Source: Girardia tigrina (Eukaryota). From it: a DNA stretch of 64,000 nucleotides. Positions 37,891-50,345 of the stretch are shown here, one piece after another (position 1 is the first letter of the stretch; every line of letters starts with the position of its first letter). A program made the translations under genes and the position numbers. Where the stretch lies: NCBI GenBank assembly GCA_001938485.1, contig MQRK01224867.1, forward strand, positions 1-64,000, given 5' to 3'. The notes under the pieces were generated by a model, which was given only the letters and a program-made list of their open reading frames with translations, ran no database searches and was not told where the DNA came from.

Positions 37891-38730
37891 GTAAGTTATT
37901 TTACTTAACATGAATTACTGTTTTATATCAAATAAAGATTGTATGTAAAAATTATATAGTTAGTATATAAAATCAAGAGTTCTACAATATTCTCTGATTT
38001 TCATAGATGAAGATAAATCTAGATTAATCTATTAAATGTAACTTAAATATAAACTAATTATTTATTTAAGTTTCACTGCGGCTTTAAATAAAAGAATTTA
38101 ATTCAGGCTCAACATCGAATGAACATAAGTCAAAACTTCTTGCTAATCTTCTGACAGCCTGATTTTAGAATGCTTTGTGACCAATGTAAGTAAGTAATTT
38201 GATGAATCAAATCATTCGATTGATCTAATTCAACGAGAAATGTAAAATTTATTATAAAACTCTCTAAGGAGTCCCTCTTCTCTTAAGGTTTATTTGATAA
38301 CGAAGAAACAAAATCGAAGCAATGATCACATGCAAGAATCTTCTGAGACAATTTGTGTCCAGTCGCTTTGGACGAATTCCTTTTTCAATCACGAAATAGT
38401 TTGACCTTGAAGAAGCTTTTAATTATGAAAACGATCACGTGTGTTCGAAGGAACCTCTATCACTCAAGGAAGACACTATGCCATTATAAAAAAATCGAAA
38501 AGATCACAATCCTTATATATATATATATATATATTGACATCATCAAACGTATTTTTAACTACTTTGTGAATATCACTTATATTTGTTTTTACAAGCACCT
38601 TACAATACACATTTTACAAATGTACTAATTGTACATTTTAAACTTTGTTTCGAATTATCAAAGTCGAAAATCTAATTGTTAAACCTTGACTTCCCTCCTA
38701 GTATTACTAAATCATAGCTTTTATTACTTG

Positions 38731-39186
38731 TATTAAGAGCACCAATATGGGTTTTCACACACTAATTTCTTTTGGACAACTCTCAGACAAGCTTCCAGAA
38801 TTTGACATCTTGCTAAATTGATAATTTTTTGTTAATGTCTTGTTAATAAATAATAAATAAATCATTTTCATATTTTATTTTTAAAGTTCTACTTATAATT
38901 TCGGTAATAATTTTACCTAAATATTAATTTAATTTTAAAAATGATTATATTAAAAAACATTTATTTACTTAAAATTAAAAATCAGTTAAAAGTTATTTAC
39001 TTTATTTAAATTTTTGATATTAAAATTTGAAACGATTTAATATTTTAACAGTTTTTATAATATCTACTGTAATTTAAAATGCAAACTATGATTCGTGAAC
39101 ATCCAAAATATCAATTTCCATCTGGGTGGGAGAAACACATTTGCAAATACTAAACTCAACATAAAAAATTTAAGATATTCCTCACA
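38731..39186 (-). repeat. Solo LTR with TG...TA termini, TSD ACTTG
   Basis: TATTAAG...TTCCTCACA on +. ACTTG at 38726-38730 and 39187-39191. Confidence 0.85.
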
Positions 39187-39294
39187 ACTTGGAAAGAAAA
39201 AATAATCATTTCAACTGAAAATATTATTTTATCAATTTTCATTGAAAATTGTATGCATTACATAAATTATTGAAACTATGCTACTTATTTTCAG

Positions 39295-39415
39295 ATATTT
39301 CAAACACAAATCAACGGACTCTCTTCAAGGCATTGGTAAGCAGCTGGACGACCGTCGGCCTCCATCGGAACAGAATGGTATATATTTAGATAAGCTAATT
39401 GTTAACCAAAAATAA
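39295..39415 (+). CDS. CDC14: Probable next/last CDC14 exon (YFKHKSTDSLQGIGKQLDDRRPPSEQN...)
   Basis: TTTTCAG acceptor, phase-compatible with 37890, open GC-richer frame. It could instead splice at 39377. Confidence 0.5.
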
Positions 39416-39659
39416 ATTCAATATTTTTATGAACCCTCACTGTTAGATTTTTCCATTAAAAATAAGATTTGGAATTCTAATTAAATCAACAAATACAAAA
39501 TTTTTGCCATATTTGAATATTAAAATAAAAATTGTTCATGGGAATTAATTAAAAATAATAGGAATCTGTACTATTCTATACATATATTATAATATTTTGA
39601 GATTTAGATGTGATAGAGAATACTTTAGCACTACTTATTGTTCTACAAATACTCTTCAT

Positions 39660-40260
39660 AAAAGCTCTCAATCCTTCAGAATATGATATTTTAATGAATT
39701 TTTTGCATTCTTCAAACAAATCGAAAACAGTTTGTGATTTGCAAGCTAATCTGGTATATAAATTTAATTGTCACGGGTGTCAAAACTCGTACATCGGAGA
39801 GACAAATCGTCATCTCAAAACCCGGATTAGCGAGCACTCGCAAATGAGTCGATCGAGTAAGGTTCTTGATCATTGGTTATGTTGTAAGGATGGAACCTCA
39901 TCCATTTCAAAAGATGAGTTTTCTGTTTTACAAAATGGTTTTGATTCACATTACGAACGACAGTTTTGTGTTTTGTATTTGCATTATCGTAAAATATCAA
40001 ATTAATTCATCTATAATACAAATAAGTACATATTATTTATAATTTAAAATTTTTAGTAAGAATTATTTTACGTGTTCGAATACATATGAATTTGGGTAGT
40101 AAATAATAATATTTAATTCTGAATATACCTTTTAAAGTTAATGTATCTATTAAATTGTATTATTAAAACAATTCAATATTCATAAAAATTTTCCAAATAT
40201 TGCTGATGATGATGTATATAAACATCGAAACATGTCCAATAATTATATAAAAAAGATTTA
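39660..40260 (+). mobile_element. Penelope-like element 3' remnant (GIY-YIG endonuclease plus terminal region)
   Basis: LVYKFNCHGCQNSYIGETNRHLKTRISEH...DHWLCC, followed by a hammerhead motif. Confidence 0.85.
40198..40241 (+). ncRNA. Minimal type I hammerhead ribozyme
   Basis: TATTG-CTGATGA-T-GATGT-ATATAA-ACATC-GAAA-CAT-GTC-CAATA. Helix I TATTG/CAATA, helix II GATGT/ACATC, intact core, palindromic ACATGT, GUC cleavage triplet ending at 40236. Confidence 0.85.
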
Positions 40261-40353
40261 ATCAAATTATATTTTCAAATATATATATATATATATACTT
40301 AGGCTGTCCCAAAAGTCCTCAGATGGCCTTTAAAAACACAATAATATATCAAC

Positions 40354-40393
<40 letters not shown>

Positions 40394-40400
40394 TCATAAC

Positions 40401-42700
40401 ATTCCTCTTCTTTACAATGCCTTATTCATTCTATGTTTCATTGAAGAATTCTCCTTGTATTATTTTTACCTCAAAACAGTGGTAATGTAGTTTCCTTATA
40501 GTTTGGTATGGTCTTTCGTAACTATCAGATCCTTTCTTTCGTGAATCGATTTTCAGTAACAGCCAATCCCTTGGTTTAAAATTACGTGTAGCTGTAGTTT
40601 TTTTACTCTCTTCGAGGCGTTTAACATCTTCTACAATAGCTTTATTGTCTAGCTCATAATTTCTTTAACTATAAAGCGTTTATCATTTTCTGTGAATCAA
40701 TTTTGTAGGACTTTATCCTATAATTTTTTGTTTAGAAGCATAAATTCAATTTTAGGAAATAATTCTACCTAATTTTTCGATCCCCTATCTTTCATATGTT
40801 GAACCTAATGCATCTCAAATTGTATGAAACTGATGTTTTATTATTCCATTCGTATTATGGAGGTAAGGACTTGATAATGTTACAATAATTAATCTTAATT
40901 TTGCAAATTCAAAAAATGACTTTGATTTGAACACGTTCCGGCGGTCCACGTTTATATATGCTGGTGATTTATATTTGCTGGTGTTGTAAGGTGAGAATAG
41001 CCGTTGCTTTTTCTTAATAATAAACTGCTGTTAAGTTGACATACCTACTAAATCTGTCAATTGTTCCAAAAAAATTTCGTCCCATTTATTCCTTCTAAGG
41101 TCAATAAAAATCAATATAGATATCATCAAATGGTCGTTTTAAACCAAATATATTGTTTTTTCTTTTGTAATTTCAGTATACGTCTTTGAAATTTGACAAA
41201 CTGAACATCCCCGTACAATAATTTTGATTTTTTCATTAAGTCTGCCATGTCATTTTCTTCTTTTATGTATGCATATATTTTTTTTGAGTCTTGCATGACA
41301 TAAAGTTTTATGAAAAAAATGGGATATAGTCATTCCTCACATTATTATGCGGCCCTTATATTGTTTAACCTTTTCAAGATGAATTTTTTCTACAAACAAC
41401 AGAAAGTGGAATAGTAATTTATTGGACGGAGGAACAATCTGTTGATAACACATGCCTCACAAATGTATATGTAGTGGTCACTTTTATCGATAAAAAAGTA
41501 CGCAATGTAAATCGTGCGGGTCCACGTCAATTGGTCGAGGAAAATTTGTCGGGGATTTTTTGTCGAGGCGACAAATCGTCGGGGATTTATGGAATTTTTT
41601 ACATGAAAATTTTTTGAGAAAACATGGAATCTCAATTGTGTTTATACCATAAAAGTAGTGACCCAACAAAATAGCGCGATGAAAATGAAAAACTCGGGTA
41701 AATTTCAGAAAAGAATGAAAAATTCAAGTAAAATTTATAGACAATGAAAACTTCAATTTTAAAGTATTATTTAAAATATTTAACGAAAGTTTTAAATTTG
41801 ATTTTAATCTTAAAATTAATATTTAATTATTTAAATTTCGATCAAGGAAATGAAAATTAACTAATTCTTCATAACCAAAAAATTATATTTTTTTATATTT
41901 ATAATTATGTTTATATTTTATTCTATTATGTTATATTTTATTATATACAGATTTTTTTTCTAAAATTTACCTGAATTTTTCATTTTTTTCTAGAATTTAC
42001 TTGAATCTTAAAATTAAAATTCGAAAGCCAATTAAAATTGCTTATTAATTTTGACGGATTAATCGTCATCTTCAGAATAACTAAAAAAATCAGTTGTTCT
42101 GAAGATAATATCATAAATCGCCCACGAATTGTCGCCTCGATAAAAAATCCCCAATGAATTGTCACCACGACGAATTGTCACCCCGACTAATTATGTCCCG
42201 ACCAATTTTCCACGACCAATTGACGAGTTCCCAATCCTGCCCCGTATAAATAGTACTTGAATTACTACATAAAATGAAAAATTACCAATAATTATTTTCT
42301 GATGATGCAATATCCAATTTTGTGATTTTTCATGGATTTCGATACATATGAAATAACTTGGTCTTCACCTTTTTCATTTCTTTGCACCAAGGCAGCTCTA
42401 AAGTGCCAACTGATTCATATGTATCTAGTATAAACTCTTTTGCATAATTTGGATAGCACATATCAAAGTGCTTTTAAAATTCTCGAAAGCCTTCTCATTA
42501 GATTCAGATCAATAAATAGAATATTTTGCACTTCCACAGATTTCTTTTAATGGTTTGGAAACTTGTGAATAAGTTTTTATAAACTTTCGTTAATAATTAC
42601 ATAATCTATGAAAACTGCTCAATTTCTTCACACATTTTTGTTTCTCATATTCTGCAATTGATTTGATCTTTCGGGATCGGCCTTGATTCAATTTTTATTT
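40401..42700 (-). mobile_element. Heavily decayed gypsy pol (RT end, RNase H, integrase)
   Basis: RKFIKTYSQVSKPL, YYLYGAGF|TLRT, HKTLCHA..CSVCQ, PYQTIRK. Interrupted by a MITE. Confidence 0.75.
41518..42232. mobile_element. MITE with ~38-bp imperfect TIRs and 8-bp TSD
   Basis: GGGTCCACGTCAATTGGTCGAGGAAAATT / AATTTTCCACGACCAATTGACGAGTTCCC. Flanks AATCGTGC / AATCCTGC. Inserted in RNase H. Confidence 0.85.
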
Positions 42701-42849
42701 ACGATAAAACCTGAAAATTAAAGTTCTCTTTGAAATAATTTACATTTTCTAGATTTATTCGTAGTCTAGCATTTTGAATTTTAGAAAATAATTTTTTTAA
42801 TCGTATGTTCCGTTTAGGTTTATGAAAATATCAAAATATCGTCCAGATA

Positions 42850-43990
42850 TACTACAGCTTCTTTCTATCACATTTCTTTCAAAGCATCTGTTATTAGTTT
42901 TTGAAAAGTTGCTCTAGCTGCTGCAATACAAAATCTCATTATTCTGAAACAAAATTGTACTGTTTAAGTTGAAAAAGCAATTTTTAACCCTTTTGATTCT
43001 TCTAATTCAAATTGATAATATGCATTACCCAGATAAATTGAACTAAATAAGTCCTTCTTAAAGCATCCAGCATCTCATAAATGTTAGTCATAGGAAATGC
43101 CGGCATTTCTGTAAGCTGGTTTAACAGTCTAAAATCCCAACAATCGGATCACTATTTTGTCTTTTTTTGATACACACACCATGAGTGTTTTCCAGGGAGA
43201 TGAACAATTCTCTATTATTCCATGTTGCTTCTTCTATGTCAATTTCTTTTTTACTAGATTTACATCAAGGTTTCTGAGAAATTGGTTTTCCTGAAGTTAT
43301 AAGGCGATGTTTAACGGATATATTTTCCCAATATCCAATTTTATAAGACATACATCTGTACAGTCTTGTTTCTTCCACTTACTGTAGTTTCTCTCTACCA
43401 TTTCAAAATCTCTTTCAAGCTTCATATTTATATTTTCTTATCTAAGTGTTTAAAGCACATATATTTGAACCCATGGGATCCATCAAACTATCATTTGAAG
43501 AAGTGATTTCTACTTCATTCGTCACAGTTAAAAATATTAGATTGCATATATCGACGTAATATGAAAGGTATATGTACAAATTTACACTCCTCTTCACTAG
43601 CTTCAGACACATTTGCACTTTCTCCAGCTATTTTTCGGGAAAAAATCTGATGTCTGATCTTACGTCGATCTATCCAACCTCTAGCAATTTTCTCATTGCT
43701 ATTATCAAAGCTCCTACTAAAGTCAAATGCTGTAAGGCATAGTTTCACTTTTAATTGGAATGTTTCTGTCACGTTACTACAAGAGGGGATGACTCATATA
43801 ATACATTTCTTAGCCTTCGAATGCATTTTCTTAATACACCGCTTACTAATTTCATCCTATATGATAGTGTACAAATGATGATGATACCAATATCTTTCAT
43901 CTTCATGTTTATGACTCAACATAGTCAATAATTTCCTTTTTCTTGGTCCTCTCCAAAATGTGTAATTTACGCTTGTTGGGAATCATGGTA
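42850..43990 (-). pseudogene. Decayed Tigger-like transposase
   Basis: RGWIDRRKIRHQIFSRKIAGESANV...NIFNCDE. Confidence 0.7.
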
Positions 43991-44645
43991 ACAAAATTTT
44001 AAAAAACTGAAATACAAAAAATGTTTTATTTTTAAACTAGAAATTATGCAACAATCATTTTTTATTTATTAGTCCAATAAAACTTCTTTATAGAATGTGT
44101 CAATAAAAAATTTATTTATAAAAGTAGTTTCAATGATTAAAGATATAAAGTAAAAATGTTTAAATATATATTAGAAGACTACAATAGTTATAGATATAAA
44201 CATAAAAATAAAACTTAATCTATTCAATTCCAGATTCCATAATAATTCCGGATTTTGACATCAGACAACTACCGCTAAAATTCTTGGTAAATAAATATTT
44301 ATAAATATGTTTATTCTCATAGTTTTATATTGTAAATTAAATAATTATCATTTTTCAGACATCAAAATCTCGAGAATATTGACAAATTTATTCTGATTTT
44401 TTAACAAATAAAGACATCATTTCTTTGGCATAATAAATATTCCTTATCATTAATAATATAATAATAAAAATAGTAATGAAAATAATAATAATAAAATCCT
44501 AAAAGATACAGACGCGAGTGCCTCAGTTCGATCTTATTATTCATTAGAACTGTTATTTAAAGAGAATTAAGATAACTTTAATAATACAATAACAACAAAA
44601 TAAAAGAGGTTGATTTATAAATAATCAAAGAGCATCTTGTTTCTG

Positions 44646-45326
44646 TTACTTCATGACCAATTGGTCAATGTTACGTTGCAGAATCGTATCTTTCATAGCG
44701 TTAAACACCGTTTCAATATTCCGCTGATCGACAGCCGTTGTAAAATGTCGATAGAGCGTTCGTTTTTTCGAAGGAGTGGGCTGAGCAATAACTGAGGGTC
44801 TACCTGCGGCGTTTTGAGCTCCAATATTAGCGTTTGGTGATCGAGAATGAGCGCCAGGGTTATCGACAAATGAAACAAATGTATCAACTAGAAACTGTTG
44901 AACATTACTAAGATTATGAGGATCAAAATTGGAAGGAAAATCTGGAAATTCATTGCGAATATTTGAAATTTTATTGGTAACTTTTTCCGTTAATACGTCG
45001 GTTTTATTGAAAAAAATGATAACAGAAACTGAAAGAAAATACTGAACGTTAATCAAATCTTCAAAAACTCGCATGGCTTCGCGCAACTTATTCCTGTGTT
45101 CTTTAGACATTTTGTCATAGTAATGTTCATCGAAATGACTACTGGCAATTAGAAACAAAACACTATTCATATCTTGAAATACTTGACACCATTTTTTTCT
45201 TTCTTTTGTTTGACCACCGACATCAATAAAAACAATACAAGCTCCGTGAATATCAATCTCTTCTTCTATGATAGAATCAGTGGGTTTCCGAGACCAAACA
45301 ATGTCTTCATTTGACGGTTGAAAATT
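44646..45326 (-). CDS. G-protein alpha subunit, G12/13-like, terminal coding exon
   Basis: Acceptor AG at 45328-45327. NFQPSNEDIVWSRKPT, DVGGQ..ERKKW, FFNKTD, HFTTAVD, and the C-terminus KDTILQRNIDQLVMK*. Confidence 0.9.
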   Translation of the reverse strand, partial: NFQPSNEDIVWSRKPTDSIIEEEIDIHGACIVFIDVGGQTKERKKWCQVFQDMNSVLFLIASSHFDEHYYDKMSKEHRNKLREAMRVFEDLINVQYFLSVSVIIFFNKTDVLTEKVTNKISNIRNEFPDFPSNFDPHNLSNVQQFLVDTFVSFVDNPGAHSRSPNANIGAQNAAGRPSVIAQPTPSKKRTLYRHFTTAVDQRNIETVFNAMKDTILQRNIDQLVMK

Positions 45327-46458
45327 CTGAATTAATAGTCAATTAAAATAAATATATCTACATAATATGAACAAATTAATCACTACAGACAAGAATGAAT
45401 AATCACTTTAAAGAATACTTAAAGGAAACTCAAAATGTACCTAGCGCAAATATTATCAAGTTAAAATTAATTCAATTTCGATATGAATTAGATTATAATT
45501 CTTACAATTTTAAATAAGCATTGATAATCAAAAGGATTATCGAAAACTTTACAAACCCTAAGAATTCTCAAATAGAAATGAATAATTTACGATCAAATGA
45601 AATTCAGCAATAAATAATGTTACAATCATCATCTTGAAATAAACTAAAGCATAGTTCACTGAGTGGCCTTGCCAATCGATTTACAATATTCAAGTATATT
45701 ATGTTGATTTGGCTGAGATTTGATGACCGGATATTTGATAAACATTACTTATCGAATTTTTATATAATTACTGCCTTTTATCTTAAATTTTATAAATTAA
45801 GTCAATACTTTTTGTTCGATAAAACATTGAAAATTGTTTTCTCCAGTCTACAGGACTTGCTACTCCCAAATCTTCTAATATGAAAGACTTTCAAACGTTG
45901 ATTGTATAAAATTAGGATCATTAATGAAACTCAATTATTGCTTGACTAATCAAATAATCGTAACGATTTTGAAGTTAATCGAGAAATGATGTACCATTCG
46001 CTGATCTTGGATCATTTGAATATAAATATACTTTTAATATTACCGCTTAAATACAAACAATCAAAATTATTTCTTTTATAAATAAAATAAATATTATTTT
46101 AAAAAAGTGAAATCTCAGCATAACAAAGTTTACAGAACTGAAATATTTTATTTTACTGAATATTCGTTACGTTTTTAAAGTTTATGGGAAATAAATAACA
46201 AATGTTCTATACATAAAAGTTCGTCACTTCAGATATCGTTTAAAAAACCAATTTTATTTTATTTTTAAAACAGCAATCTAAAATGTTAGTATTGAACCAT
46301 TTTATTTTTCACATTTTTTAAAATTAAATTCTCAAGATATAATTGATTCATATCTATTGCTGTAGTCATTCTGTTGTATTAATCATCTGATAACATCAAA
46401 TAGAAAAATTACTGAAGTCAATATGCTTGAACTCCATTTCTCTTCAACACTCAGTGTA

Positions 46459-46561
46459 CGGAAAGTCCGTTGCAATTCTCAAATATACAATTTCTGTCAG
46501 TATCAGTTTATTTTGATAAGCTTGTTCTTTACTTGTCCCAAGAATTGCACCGAACTTTCCG
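46459..46561. repeat. Small foldback / mini-MITE
   Basis: CGGAAAGTCCGTTGCAATTCT / AGAATTGCACCGAACTTTCCG inverted pair (2 mismatches). Confidence 0.6.
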
Positions 46562-47769
46562 GACATCTTGTTTATTATCAGTCAATCTATGTTAACATTA
46601 TTTCATCTGAACGTCTGAATAAAGCCTATTTTTTTCATTCTTTATATAAGAGGCCATCTTTAAGCAATTTTAAAATCCAAACGCAATATCAATTAGATAT
46701 TATTATAAGTGACTGGAGTTTATATTTATAATTTAAATTTTCGAAGATTACGAATCAATTAATAACCACAAGATTTATACATTACATATTATATTAAATA
46801 TTACATTTTAATTGCTTGATTTATACTTTTGTTCAAACATTTTAATGAAATTCATTATTGGTGATTAACTTCTCTTAATTTTTATAAAATTAAAGTTTTC
46901 ATCAAATCATTCTGCTTATTATCGCTGTGTCTTTGTATGAACTGTAGATGAACTACTAATATTGATCTCACTTGATTAATCTTGTCTTTCATAAATTTCT
47001 TTTACTCAGTTTCAAACAGCATGTTATAATCAACAGTAAATTACCGTTATTCTTTACAAAAAGATAATCAAATCAAAAACTGCATTTCCAAAGTTAATAT
47101 AAATTCTAAAATTTATCGCTTAAAATTCTTAGTAAAATTATTACATTAACTTAAAATAAATTTAATAAAACTGTCAATACTAAGAATACATTTATGGCAT
47201 TTGCAATTAATCAAAATTAAAATCAAAATGTCTAATTAGTTCTTATGGTTTTTAGAACAATTTTCTATCAAAATAAAATGACGAAGTGTTTCAATAATTA
47301 TTTCATTATTAATAAAATAGTTTAAAACGAAAAACACCGAAAAGAAAATCGTTAAATAACATAATAAATTAGTAACAAAATATATTAAATAACATTTACC
47401 GAATAATTTGACATAAGGAAAGCAGAAGAACGCATCATGTCAAACAATTTCAAAGTAAAATTATGTAGAATTGTTTTCCGTTGAATATTTCTCTCTGTTT
47501 TATAACAGGAAAATATAAATCTATACGGAGATAAAATTTTAATACAACCAAATGTGTTAACAGTGATCATCTGTGATCAGTGAATGCTTTGCATTCAACT
47601 TTGAGCTAGAATTAAGCGATAGAATAGATCAATTTATTTAAATGAATAACTTATACAACATACGATTTAAGATGTCAAAAAATTAATGAAAAGTTATGTT
47701 AAATTTTGATACATGAAAACGTTTTCAATACTGAAACCAAAAAAGTGAAAATTATTTTACTTTTACAGT

Positions 47770-50345
47770 GTTATAAGTTCTGTCCGAATCCTTTCTGTCT
47801 TCTTCACTCCCATAACCATTCTCGAACATAGGTTATTGAAGTCCTGTAGTTTCTGTATTCTCTTTTCTGTAGTCCTCCAGTTTTCACTACTGTAATAAAC
47901 TACAGGGAAGATACAAGTCTGGATAATTTTCTTCTTATTCCTCTGGGCTCCTCAATATATGGCTACCACATCCAAAGGATATAATTGCATGTAAAAGACT
48001 TACGTTCCATTGCAAAATGGACTCCACAGAGACGAACATATTTCAGAGACTGTGGAGAGCCACTATACCAATTGAAAAGAAGATCAGTGGAAGGAGCAAA
48101 CAAATGATGAAGGAATGCCTCCGTGTCGATGTGAAATGGTTATTCGGCAAAGATGCTGATTACAATGAATTTGTACAACACATTATTCGCCGAGACCCAA
48201 GCATTTCACAGAGCACATACATAGCTGGACTCATTAGGAAAGGAAGATCGGAAAGGACAGCAACAAGTTTATCCAAACTTATCTTAGATTTCGGACTTAG
48301 TATCGCGCCAAAAATAATGCGAAGGATATTGGAACACATCTTGGCATCAGACGAAGCAGTGAAGGAAGGAACAGACGCGTATTACGACGATATCAAAGTG
48401 AATACGAATAAAAAAAAGACCAATCAGCTAATGTCGGTACTCACTCGATTCGGTTTAGAGGCTAAACCCCCAATGACGATAAACGGAGGCAGAGTGTTGG
48501 GACTGGCTGTGAAAGAAACAGTAAACGGAGAGCTCAAATAGCAGCGAGACGGACCACTCCCACAACTGCCACATCAAATAACTCGTCATAATCTTTTCGC
48601 GTGGAAAGGACACTCCCCAGTGAAGGATGGTTGCGTCCATCGTCCAGCTTCATAAAACGAAATGCCAGTGGAGGAGATTAGGGCACCAAAGTGGAACCGC
48701 AGGTAGCAGCACTAGCACGACAACTTGCAGAAAGAATTAAGTCGGAAGATCCCGTTCAGGGAATCTGGGAATCCTGCAAACTGATGAAGGGAGAGTGTAA
48801 TGCAACACCAGCTCGATTGCAGTAGGGGTGGCCGTCGAGATCGGCACAGAAATTGTGGAGGACGCATGCTGGCTTCGACCGAAGAGTGACAGTAACCACA
48901 TTAATCTTTCAAAGCATGAGGCCACGAATCAAGCTCTCAAAGAAGTATTGAAATGGGGCCTCCGAAAGTTTGAATTATTCACTGATTCAGCCACAGTAAA
49001 CAAGTGGCTCACTGCAGCTTTGTCCGGAGCAGAACCAGTTCGATCTCAGGCCCTCAGTGAGTAGAAATAAAATAGAATTAATCTTTTCAAGCAGGTAGTC
49101 CAGGAGGAGAGCTTCATAGTATCAATTAGGTTCATTCGATCAGAAGAAAATAAGGCGGACATTTTGACTCGTGTACCAAGTAATTGGTTAGCAGTAAAAA
49201 ACGAATCAATCGCAGCATCGGCAATCGAATCAGGAGAGCAACAAGAGAGTGATGACCGCTTAAAGAAGTTGCACGAAATCCAACACCTTGGGACAAAACG
49301 CACTATGTTCTTGGCAAGGAAAGTGTGGGGACGAATAAAGTAACAGAGGTAACAAGTAAAATCATTTGTGAAAAAATGCGACCAGTGCACGTCAATCGAT
49401 CCAGCACCGGTTCGTTGGGAGAAAGGAGAAATCGGCACCAAGAAGACGTGGCAACGGTTGGCGGTAGATGTAACATATGAATGGAAAAAATTCCTAACGG
49501 TCGTAGACTGTGGCCCAGGACGATTTATTATATGGTGTGAAATTAAGTCCGAAAACGAGGAAGAGGTTTATAAAGCATTATATAGTATTATATTCGAATT
49601 TGGATCTCCAGAAGATGTATTACTGGATAATTTTAGCACTTTCAGAGGAAACAAGTGCTTGATCGATGGTGAGTATGGGCGAAATTCAGATGCGTGAACC
49701 GACAGAGCGAAAACGGAATTGTAGAACGGAGCCACCGCAGGTTCAAAAGAATGGTAGCTCGAAGTGGTGGTCAGGTCTGGGAGATGATCGCGTGGTACAA
49801 CGCAACACCAAACGCGAATGGTATAATTCCAGAATCAACGGTGTTAGCGCAAAAACAGAGATTGCTTCTGTCGAAAGATTTCTCGTTAATGCAACCTCAT
49901 CCACAGAAAGAATTGAAGAACGACAATTTGACAGTAGGAGAAAAATTATTTGTTAAGCCAGCACCGCCGTTCAACTGTACTAGGAAGTGGGCACGGGCAA
50001 CTGTTACCAAAGAACCCCAGTGAATCGCATAGAAGTGAAAGGAATGTCATACCACATCAGTCACGTGATGCGTGCAACCCCAATGTCTACAAAACGAACA
50101 GGAATCGGCAATCAGGAAAGTAATACATTCGACTCGACGAGAGTAGCGAGGATCGAATGGGAGAGCGACGAGGAGAGGAGTATACAGAAACGAACAATCA
50201 GCAAGATCCGAAAGCTGAAGAACGGCCTCGCCGCATGGTGCGTCCCAGGATTCGACTCAACGACTTTGTCTGTGCTAGCACTCAGATTCTCAGTGACGAC
50301 AAAGTGCCTCCTTGCTCGAGCAGCGTATGCTTGTGTGCCTTGAAG
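47770..50345 (+). mobile_element. Decayed, internally deleted LTR retrotransposon (probable 5' LTR ~47770-47959, RT YYDD, RNase H, integrase)
   Basis: FGLSIAPKIM, AYYDDI, LFTDS, CDQC, WQRLAVDVT, NGIVERSHRRFK. TGG follows the putative LTR. Confidence 0.8.

Noticed and set aside
47385-47570. Possible G-alpha exon
   Set aside because: Splice-like flanks but no similarity to G-alpha in any frame I checked.
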